From positions 1 to 58,372 of IMG/VR virus record IMGVR_UViG_3300032327_000398: a stretch of DNA of 58,372 bases, one strand, 5' to 3'. This DNA comes from a virus (Duplodnaviria > Caudoviricetes). A model generated the notes under the pieces. It saw only the letters and a list, made by a program, of their open reading frames with translations, had not been told where the DNA came from and searched no databases. This document shows positions 1-8,400 of the stretch, piece by piece. The position numbers were made by a program, and so were the translations under genes. Within the stretch, counting starts at the first letter, position 1; the number at the start of each line of letters is the position of its first letter.

Positions 1-123
1 GCCGAACTATTCGCCGCAGTAGACCCTTCAACCGTTGTTACACGAGCGGCGAGAGCTGTTCTAGCCGTAGCCTCAGCTGTGTCTGCATTGGCTCTTGTAG
101 TCGCTTCTGAAGTAATAGCCGAA
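1..123. repeat. Terminal overlap of circular assembly (identical to 58250-58372)
   Basis: Bases 1-123 (gccgaactattcgcc...gtaatagccgaa) match 58250-58372 exactly; the overlap lies inside a CDS, so it is an assembly overlap. Confidence 0.95.
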
Positions 124-1850
124 TTAACAGTACTAAGGTTGCCCTGAACTGTAGCTTGAAGCGCGGAAACAGAACTTGAAATGGCAGAGTCAGCATCCAC
201 CTGAGCTTGCTTATTATCTACGATCGTGGCTTCAATAGATTTATTTGTTGTTACGCCAGACTTGTCTTTTACATTATCTAATCTTGCTTGTATTGACGAT
301 ACGTCGGAAGTAACGGCAGATACTGCGGTAGCCCTAGTGCTTGCTTCGGAGGCAATTGAAGAATTAACCGCGCTGAAGTTTGAAGATACCGTAGACGATA
401 AGCTGCTAAAACTAGATGACAGCGCAGCGTCCCCATCAACTTGGGCTTTTTTGTTATCAACAATTGTGGCTTCTATAGTTTTGCCAGTTGATACGCCGGA
501 AGAATTTTTTAAATCATCGAGCCTTGCTGTTACGCCAGAAATATTACTTGCATTAGCGGAGTCAGCCGTAGCGCGAGTGGTTGCCTCACTAGCGATGGAC
601 GATGTTAACGCAGCGTTATTGCTATTAACTGTTGAACTAAGAGACGAAACTGATGTGCTCAAAGCACTATCCGCATCTACTTGCGCCTGCTTGTTGTCTA
701 CAATCGTAGCTTCAAGAGACTTACCTGTTACTGCTCCGGTTTTATCTTTAAGGTTATCAACCCGACTTTGGAGGACGTTAATGCTTGAAGCGTTAGCTGT
801 GTCACCAGATATTCTGGCGGTTTGCTCGCTTGAAAGTACCGCATAAAAATTTGCAAAATCACCAGAAGACGCCGCAACCAAAGACTCTATTCTTGTAGCT
901 AATGCTGAATCCGCTGTAACGCGAGCCTGCCTTTCAGAATAAATAAGTCCGGTCGTAACGGAATTAACATCATTGCCAGAGTAATTCCCACGAAGCTGTG
1001 CTGCAAGCGTTTCCCTTGCACTAGCCTCCGTGCCGACGCTTGCAGAAATTTCAGCAGTCCTAGCAACCGCTTCCGCTGCGATAGCCGATGCCCTTGTGTT
1101 CGACTCAGAAGTAATGGCTGAAATTCGTGCAGATGATTCTGCTGCTAAAGCAGAGGTTCTATTGGTAACTTCTAGCGTAATGGCATTAGCTCGAGCTAAG
1201 GCTTCGGCAGCTAACTTCGCAGCAACACTGTTTGTCAGGCTGGCTGGCCCATCTATTAGATTAATACGATCGCTAAGAGCCGTATATAGCTGACCCTGCG
1301 TAATGCTGCCTGTAAGCTGCTCTAACAGAAACGCAATATCGGGTGCGGTCTGTGCAAAGGTGCCTACCGTGCTGTGGTAAGGCCCAGTAACATTCGCCTG
1401 TGATACAAATCGTACCCAGTAGTAAAACGACTTGCCCGAACCAACTGCGTCGGCGTAGACTGCACCCTGTGTGAAACCAACTTTTACAGCACTACCCAGT
1501 ACGTTTACGCTAGACTTCCAAATCTCGGCGTACGCATGGTTCTTGTATTTTGGGACGTCCCACTCGAGAATTATATTTATAAATGCTCCACCAGCAGTCA
1601 CGTTTGTGGGTGCAGGGGGTGGCGCATAATCGGTCAGTGGATCGTATCCGTCGGGGTTAAAAAAACCGTTGGGTAAACCAGTACCCGCTTCACCTGTACC
1701 AAAGGTAATGACACCACCGGAAGCTAGCTGCGCAGCTAGAGCCGTACTCATTATCTCAACACTTTCTTTTAGTTGCTGGATGATGTTGGCAGCAATCGGG
1801 TCTTTCAAGCCAATAACAGCGGGTATGCCGGGGAGTGATATTTGTGCCAT
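1..1850 (-). CDS. Tail fibre/host-specificity protein, N-terminal part (continues across the junction to 58249-56461; ~1212 aa total)
   Basis: ATG at 1850; 1850+1789=3639 nt, a multiple of 3 and in frame with ORF 56461..58077; Ala/Ser/Thr-rich repeats of the EATTRANAD type. Confidence 0.8.
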   Translation of the reverse strand, partial: MAQISLPGIPAVIGLKDPIAANIIQQLKESVEIMSTALAAQLASGGVITFGTGEAGTGLPNGFFNPDGYDPLTDYAPPPAPTNVTAGGAFINIILEWDVPKYKNHAYAEIWKSSVNVLGSAVKVGFTQGAVYADAVGSGKSFYYWVRFVSQANVTGPYHSTVGTFAQTAPDIAFLLEQLTGSITQGQLYTALSDRINLIDGPASLTNSVAAKLAAEALARANAITLEVTNRTSALAAESSARISAITSESNTRASAIAAEAVARTAEISASVGTEASARETLAAQLRGNYSGNDVNSVTTGLIYSERQARVTADSALATRIESLVAASSGDFANFYAVLSSEQTARISGDTANASSINVLQSRVDNLKDKTGAVTGKSLEATIVDNKQAQVDADSALSTSVSSLSSTVNSNNAALTSSIASEATTRATADSANASNISGVTARLDDLKNSSGVSTGKTIEATIVDNKKAQVDGDAALSSSFSSLSSTVSSNFSAVNSSIASEASTRATAVSAVTSDVSSIQARLDNVKDKSGVTTNKSIEATIVDNKQAQVDADSAISSSVSALQATVQGNLSTVNSAITSEATTRANADTAEATARTALAARVTTVEGSTAANSS

Positions 1851-1851
1851 A

Positions 1852-3519
1852 TTAGATCGCCTTAAGCTCAGCCACTGAAGTGGCGAGTGTCACTCCACGC
1901 ACCGGTACATTACCCGTGATCTCTACCTCCCAGTTATTGGCGCGAAAACCCGCAGCCATTCGAACTATGTTTTGGTTCAATATGTTTGAGTTAAATACCA
2001 GCGCATCGTCGGCATAAACTTTTATGTTTATGTATCGGCCTCCTACAGCCGCCATGTACGTATAATCTGCAAACACCTGCATAGCCGCAAAGTTAAGCGC
2101 AGCGGGCATGATGAATTTTTTAGATCGCCATTTATACAGAACAGACTGTGACTTATCGGCATCTATTGTGTAAACCTTATTGTCTACCGCAGATACGGCA
2201 CTCAACGCACCGGTCGTAGCTTCTATGAATACCGCTCGCGCGGGAAAATCAAAATTGGCGAGCGGAGGTTTATCGTTACGTGTTAACACGAGCGCATCGT
2301 ACACACCGCCAACATTGTAAAAACCAAAATACATGTTGTTGTACAAGATGCCAATCATGGAGCTCGGGTTTAGCGCCTGCCATTCGTCTCGACTATAGAA
2401 CTGCGTCGTGACAACATCTTGGTAGCCAAGGTTAATGGCAACGATTCCGTTTGCGCTTGCATACAAAACACCGAACTGATCTGACGTGATAGATCGTTTA
2501 GACACACATGGCTGCAGCATGGGCAATTTATTTTGCGACATGGAATTTGGATCTGAGCCCGAAACAATGTACGGATTTTTTGTAGTACCAACGAACAGAC
2601 TGTTCCCAAACACACCCAGCCCGACAATTGGGTAATCGGTGGTTAACATGTATTTTTGAGGCCACGCATGAGGCATGTACGGCTCGCAGAACCAAATTTC
2701 GTTACCAGTAAATCCTGCAACAATTCCGTTTGGTAGTGTGACAAGCCCGTGCAATCCAGATGGCGGCGGTGTGTAGTAAAAAGTATCTAGTACTTTGCCC
2801 AGATTGATAGCAGCTTTAGTATCTACATAGGACGAATTAGCGATCGGTATCTCAGCCACAAGTTGATAGCCGCTTGATGCGTTGCCAGAGACGGTTCGGT
2901 ATATCCGTCGATACTTAAAGTTGTAGTTTCCTGTTGGCGGCGTAGCAAATCCAGAGATAGTGACAGCATCTCCGCTGTAGTTAGCGTTTACGATAACAGC
3001 AGGACTGGGTGCAGACTCTTCAGCGACAAGGCCGAATTCTGTTACATGTGTATATACGTACGCACGGGTTTCGATCGGTGCAGTACCTGTTCCCGCCGCG
3101 AGAGCAATCGGCGCACTTGTCGGTGTTGGCACGCCAAGCTCAAACCATGCACTTGGGAATGGAGGTGTACCCACGCCGCTGTTATTAGCCATTAGCCAAT
3201 TAGTCTTTCTCGGGCTAAAACTTGTAGAGGAAAAATAAAGCCGATACTCACCGGTATCAGCAACAGGCCCGAGAACAATATCTACATCATCAGTCCATTC
3301 CAACCAGATGGGTGTTGTCCCTGCCGCGCCTTCAAACTTAAATATAGTTTTTGTGTTGTTGGTCGCTGGCGTAAACGCGAGAGTTGGAGTGCCCCAAGAG
3401 CGAAGCTCTCCTGACTGCAACTTTACGTTTCTAGCAATTTGCGCTTGCGTAGCATCGAGGGATGTGGGCCCTAGTTTAGGAACAACTCCAGAAAATTCTT
3501 CCAGTTTGAGATAAGTCAT
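1852..3519 (-). CDS. Tail tubular/nozzle (stabilization) protein
   Basis: 555 aa, beta-rich, FCEPYMPHAWP motif, located in the structural module of a podovirus-like layout. Confidence 0.65.
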   Translation of the reverse strand: MTYLKLEEFSGVVPKLGPTSLDATQAQIARNVKLQSGELRSWGTPTLAFTPATNNTKTIFKFEGAAGTTPIWLEWTDDVDIVLGPVADTGEYRLYFSSTSFSPRKTNWLMANNSGVGTPPFPSAWFELGVPTPTSAPIALAAGTGTAPIETRAYVYTHVTEFGLVAEESAPSPAVIVNANYSGDAVTISGFATPPTGNYNFKYRRIYRTVSGNASSGYQLVAEIPIANSSYVDTKAAINLGKVLDTFYYTPPPSGLHGLVTLPNGIVAGFTGNEIWFCEPYMPHAWPQKYMLTTDYPIVGLGVFGNSLFVGTTKNPYIVSGSDPNSMSQNKLPMLQPCVSKRSITSDQFGVLYASANGIVAINLGYQDVVTTQFYSRDEWQALNPSSMIGILYNNMYFGFYNVGGVYDALVLTRNDKPPLANFDFPARAVFIEATTGALSAVSAVDNKVYTIDADKSQSVLYKWRSKKFIMPAALNFAAMQVFADYTYMAAVGGRYINIKVYADDALVFNSNILNQNIVRMAAGFRANNWEVEITGNVPVRGVTLATSVAELKAI

Positions 3520-3600
3520 GGCCTACCCTTTGTACACGTACGATGTAGGCGTGACTCGCCCTTGATACCGCTAGGTATTTCATTATGCCATACTCAGGAG

Positions 3601-4059
3601 CTAACGCATACTATTTCGTGCCGCATTATAAGTGCCATAACAAGCTAACAATGCAGCTTTCATTTCGTTTGCTCGGGCAGATTCCCTTGCAAGAAACTCT
3701 GCATCCTCTCTTGATAATTGAGCGCCGGTGGCAGCGGGGCAAGTTCCGGAAGCACTGGGCAGGTTTGCACCACGGGGGGGACGACGGCGCAACTCGATAA
3801 GAGCAGTGTCAAGCTGACCACGGACAATAGTAATTTCAGCATCTTTCCTGCTCCTTTCTGTATCGGCAGCAGCTTGGATGGATCGCTCCTGCAGTCGGGA
3901 CTTCTTCTCGGCTTCCACACTTGCTTTGGTGTAAGAGGCTGCTAGCTCTTGGGCTTTACTACTCCAGCGCCAACCGTTCACTGTCCAGCCCATTGCAAAC
4001 GCTACAAGCATGATTGCGCCTGCGACAGCAGCTTTGTTGAGACTTAAGAACGCAAGCAT
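3601..4059 (-). CDS. Rz-like inner-membrane spanin
   Basis: N-terminal TM (AIMLVAFAMGWTVNGWRW) then coiled coil; directly downstream of the endolysin. Confidence 0.8.
   Translation of the reverse strand: MLAFLSLNKAAVAGAIMLVAFAMGWTVNGWRWSSKAQELAASYTKASVEAEKKSRLQERSIQAAADTERSRKDAEITIVRGQLDTALIELRRRPPRGANLPSASGTCPAATGAQLSREDAEFLARESARANEMKAALLACYGTYNAARNSMR
3660..3842 (-). CDS. Rz1-like outer-membrane spanin lipoprotein embedded in Rz
   Basis: ATG 3842 preceded by AGGAG; MLKLLLSVVSLTLLLSSC lipobox, then a Pro-rich mature part (60 aa total). Confidence 0.8.
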   Translation of the reverse strand: MLKLLLSVVSLTLLLSSCAVVPPVVQTCPVLPELAPLPPALNYQERMQSFLQGNLPEQTK

Positions 4060-4541
4060 GTCTCGTACTCCTTTTTGCGCCGTGTGACCAGCCCGGGCAG
4101 CACTTTACCCTTGGCGTACACGAACTTTAATAGCTCCGCGCAAGCACCCTCGTAATCAGCAGCGTTGAGCTTAGTAGCCACGCTGGAGCGGCAAAAACCA
4201 GCAATTCCAATGTTGTAAGTAAAGTCGGTATACGCATCAAACTCTCCCTGTGAGATTGGAACCTTAATACACGCGACCATACCCTTGGCATGTGCACTAG
4301 CGCTTTCCGAAAGCTGTACCAGAGCGCGTTCTCGTGTTGTGGTTTGTCCAGCTACTACTCCGCGTGTCTCACCGTAACCAATTGTCCAGACACCTACTGG
4401 GTCTTTATAAGCGTGACCGACATATCCTTCATGTGCTGCAATGCCTGCGAGGGCTGCGATACTAACCGTCAGTGACGCTGCAGCGACCCGTACTTTGCTT
4501 GATCGACTTAGAGCTTGTGGCTGAATATCGACGTTAGCCAT
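4044..4541 (-). CDS. Endolysin, GH24 lysozyme with probable SAR domain
   Basis: E-x8-D-x5-T triad (EGYVGHAYKDPVGVWTIGYG); weakly hydrophobic Ala-rich N-terminal helix; LPGLVTRR..E C-terminus. Confidence 0.9.
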   Translation of the reverse strand: MANVDIQPQALSRSSKVRVAAASLTVSIAALAGIAAHEGYVGHAYKDPVGVWTIGYGETRGVVAGQTTTRERALVQLSESASAHAKGMVACIKVPISQGEFDAYTDFTYNIGIAGFCRSSVATKLNAADYEGACAELLKFVYAKGKVLPGLVTRRKKEYETCLRS

Positions 4542-4723
4542 GTGACGACTCCTCCCGCAAAGCTGGCTATAGCCATGCCCGCCCAGAAACCACCTTTTGA
4601 TTTGTTAGCGAGTTCCAGAAGCTGTGCCATGCCAATTTCCAGCTTGTCAACTTTGCGCTCAAGGCTCTCGACTTTAGCTGTTAATGCGCCGTATTGGATT
4701 GGATCAATCATAGGTGGGATCAT
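4508..4723 (-). CDS. Small membrane protein of lysis cassette (holin/antiholin-like)
   Basis: Coiled coil plus C-terminal TM (GFWAGMAIASFAGGVVTWL). Confidence 0.6.
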   Translation of the reverse strand: MIPPMIDPIQYGALTAKVESLERKVDKLEIGMAQLLELANKSKGGFWAGMAIASFAGGVVTWLTSIFSHKL

Positions 4724-4724
4724 G

Positions 4725-4934
4725 TTAATTACTCAGATTGGTCTGTGCTACCAGCCTTGCAATAATTGACCCTGCAGCGGTAGCCCCAAGCAGAATTGCA
4801 AATGTATTGCGCGGGATAACATCTCCAAACAAAGGAAGAGTGACATCGGCAATAGCAAAGATAATTGATAGCGCAGAAAACCTAACACTCCAAGCTTTTC
4901 GTAAGATCAACTGCCACCCTGATTTTAACCGCAT
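4725..4934 (-). CDS. Putative holin
   Basis: 69 aa with two TM segments, W..ILRKAWSVR motif, upstream of the endolysin. Confidence 0.7.
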   Translation of the reverse strand: MRLKSGWQLILRKAWSVRFSALSIIFAIADVTLPLFGDVIPRNTFAILLGATAAGSIIARLVAQTNLSN

Positions 4935-4956
4935 GATGTACCCTTTGGATCAAAAT

Positions 4957-5457
4957 TTATGAGTCAGCTACTAACAAATCACTAACATTCTCGTCAAGCA
5001 CTGGTTCTAGTTCTGGCTCAGGCTCGGCATACGGATTTCGAAGATCAAATAAAGCTTTGGCTTCAACGCTTCCGGCATCTACTACAGCCTGAGCATTGGT
5101 TCGCTCGAGCAAATCAGCATCAATAGCTTCTTGGTTTGTAACCAGTCCGACTTCATTGAGTTCTTCTTCAATGACGGGCAGCGCAAGTCGAGCCGATGCC
5201 TTCTCTAATTCCAGCACTTGCAAGAGTAGAACCATGTCTTCAGTTGCGGCTTTACCTTCTGCCAGCGAATCCACCACAGCCGCATCACAAGCCGATATAA
5301 ATGCGCGTTCAGAGTCAGACATAGACTCTTTACGATAAAGCCGTGCTGCCTTTAATTCATCGGTTGCAGACACTTTTGATCGGATGATTGCTTGGACTTT
5401 GTTTGCAATATCCGTCGCTGACCAAATGTCATTTGCCATTAGATTAATGAAACTCAT
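4957..5457 (-). CDS. Tail-fibre-associated protein (possible chaperone)
   Basis: ATGA-coupled to the large fibre gene; acidic, helical. Confidence 0.45.
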   Translation of the reverse strand: MSFINLMANDIWSATDIANKVQAIIRSKVSATDELKAARLYRKESMSDSERAFISACDAAVVDSLAEGKAATEDMVLLLQVLELEKASARLALPVIEEELNEVGLVTNQEAIDADLLERTNAQAVVDAGSVEAKALFDLRNPYAEPEPELEPVLDENVSDLLVADS

Positions 5458-8400
5458 GTTGCACTCCTTACGGCACGAATTTGTACTGCGACGTTGTAGC
5501 CCGGAGCTGTACCGAACCTGATTGTTTCTCGGAAACCATCAAACAGTCTTGTGTAGTCTTTTGTTGAACCTTCAGTCTTGACCACACCAGCAGCTGAAAC
5601 TTGTACTGTTTCGTAGCCAACTGGAAGCACAAAGTCTGTGAAGCTAATCAGTGCCGCTGATCCGCTCCCTGTAGCTTTAGCTGAGAGATACGCTGTAGTG
5701 CCTACCAGATCGACAATGTAGGTTGATGCAGGAATACCTACACCTGTGATAACAGCGTTTTTGATCGTTGTCTGTGCAGGGTATCCTGAGCCAGCAACAG
5801 CAGTTACAGCGGTATTGCCTGTGACCGTTGTGCAAGTAAAGCCACCGATATAGTCGAACACTTGCTGCAATCGTGACAGTCTTGCAGCAGCTTCACCACG
5901 CTTGACTAGCTCTTCTCTAAGACCATAGGCAGGAATCGTTACATCAACCCCAGGACTTGTTGTAGAGCGTGCATTGAGCTTAACTCCACCACCGGCCTGT
6001 ACTTTTGAATACGATCCAGCAGGGACTGCTGTGACAGCGGTGCGAACCAGACCCGTCCACGATGCCTCGTTAGTTGCGGATACAGAAATCCACTTGTCCG
6101 TCACTTCGTCGTAAGCCAAATCAACAATTGTATTGGCATCAGGTAGCAGACAATTTGCACCGTCGCGGAACATTTGCTTTTCCTGCTCGTACATGAACGT
6201 AGACTGTTCTTGTGTCGGCGCGGTTGCACTGAGTTTAAGCATTGCAAGTGAGCCAGGGAATGGAGCATCGAGCGCGTAGCTGTTGCCAATTGTCAGGACA
6301 GCGTTGGCATTGTTGAGCGTAAGTAATGGGTTGCCGTAGGTTGTTGCGACAACAATACCGTTAACCGATATTGCAAGTGATCCATCAGGGCGATACACCG
6401 CACGTATTTTTTGCCAAGTGTCCTTAGTGATTACAGGGTTTGTATTTGTCCCAGTAAATGCAGGATACGTCACAGTGCGTGTAGTCGTACCATCAAACGC
6501 ATTTGCTTGAATGTAGTCAGGCCCTAAAGTGACAACTTCAAAATACGCACCACTAGAGTATTTTCTTGAAACAATTGTTGATGGTTTAACCTTGAATACA
6601 GTGAGATTCTGAATAGTGCCTGTAACTCCCCCGCCAAAATCAAAACCAACTACGTTTCCAAAATTAATATTAAAGGCAGTAAAAATTCTGTAATGTGTAC
6701 CAGTTGAAGTAATGTTGTTTACACTGCTATTCCATTGCGGTGCATGACCAATTCGTACAGGTATATTGCCATTAATTACTGTCACATCAAACTTCACCAG
6801 TACTACATCACCGAGAGTTAACGCTGGAAGCGGATAAGTTACATAATGCGTAACTGTACCGATTTTTGTAAGAGATCCACCTGACACAGTACATTCCGCG
6901 TCTAATCCCGTCCACCCAGTAGAGCTTGTAAAAGCACCGGCACCGGCAAGTAGATCACTACCGTACACAGGATAATTAGCTGACAAAGCCGATGTTGGCA
7001 TATTTAGCCAAGTGCTCACACTAAACTCACCAGTACCAAAATCTAGGTCAGCACTGTATGGTTCTTGCAAGTAATTTGCTGTACTGAAGCCCGAGTAGGC
7101 TACGACTTGATTGGCTGTATTTGTGAGTGCTTTGGTGAGAGTGCCGTAGATATTTGCGCTTGCTGCTTTGTAGCTGCGGTCAAGTACTTTAATTTTTATG
7201 CTTAGATCATCGTAAGTGTTTACAACACCAGTGCCGTTGCCGCTGTCTCCAAGCGAAAGATAAATCGTCGATTGTGTTGGGGTAAAAACCACCGCCCCAG
7301 TACCAGCCCCCGAAAATGTTACATATGCGGCGTTACTGATACTATTTCCAAGCAAGACTCGACCACCGCCATTTTTCACAACAAAATTACCGTAAAAAAC
7401 TTGCGGCACATTTGGCGTTACCGTAATGGCTTGATAGACGTATCCTGCGCCGTTGTTCGTGACTTCAAGTTGTCCAGATGAGTTTCGTACAGCAGACACG
7501 TTGGCAGTGCTGCTAGTCCAACCAGAAGCATCGGTGTTAAATGTTCCGTTGACCACCAATTCTGGGCCAGTAATACTCTCAACGACACTATCTGCTAAGT
7601 AAGCACGACGAATATCACCAAGCAGATGACCCGTGTTGTATGTTGGATATATTCTTGCAAGAATTGCTTTGTTAGTATTACTTTTATTTGGACGTAAAAG
7701 ATTTACACCTGAACCTTGAATTGCAGCGCTTGATTTACCTTCGGAGATTGTTTTAGCTCCACCAATATTATTGTTTAGTTTTACTAATGCTAATGCTCCA
7801 TAGTTTTGAACTGAGTCATCTAACAGATTCCAAATCCATGCACCGTTAAATGTATCTGGCCCAACACCACTTACAAGCAAGTTGTATCCATCAAAACTAA
7901 CAAAGTAGCAAGTTGCAGAGACATATGCTTTTGTAACCAACGACCCGTCATGTTTAATTACAGATACACCACTAACAGTAGCCACAGCAATTGTTGGTAC
8001 TGGCAAGCCTGTTACGGGGTCAAGCGGAGCGTCTGGTAAAACGGTCATTGCTACTGCGTAAATAGTGTTAGATGCTATGCCTATATAGTTTGTAGGATAA
8101 ATCCAGTTCAACGCATTGTGCCGAGTAGAAATGCCTCCATTTGGCCGACCCGCATTGGAGGCATACGCAAATTTCATACTGTCAGATGTGAATTCAAAAA
8201 TGTGTCCACCATTACCATTAGATGAAATAAATACTTGTGCATTAATAGCAGACAATGCCGAAATTGATCCGCTTCCATTCCACCAATTGTTATTTGATGC
8301 AACCGCTGCACGCATCCACATCGGTCTACCAGCTTCCGTCAAATCATAAATAGTGACGTTTGCGCCCTCTGCAACAATTGCACACAACTTTGGAAACTTA

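Noticed and set aside
1-123. Biological direct terminal repeat
   Set aside because: It lies in the middle of a tail fibre CDS and is better explained as an assembler circular overlap
226-1293. Plus-strand ORFs 226..846 and 1030..1293
   Set aside because: Antisense shadows of the Ala/Ser-rich tail fibre gene on the minus strand
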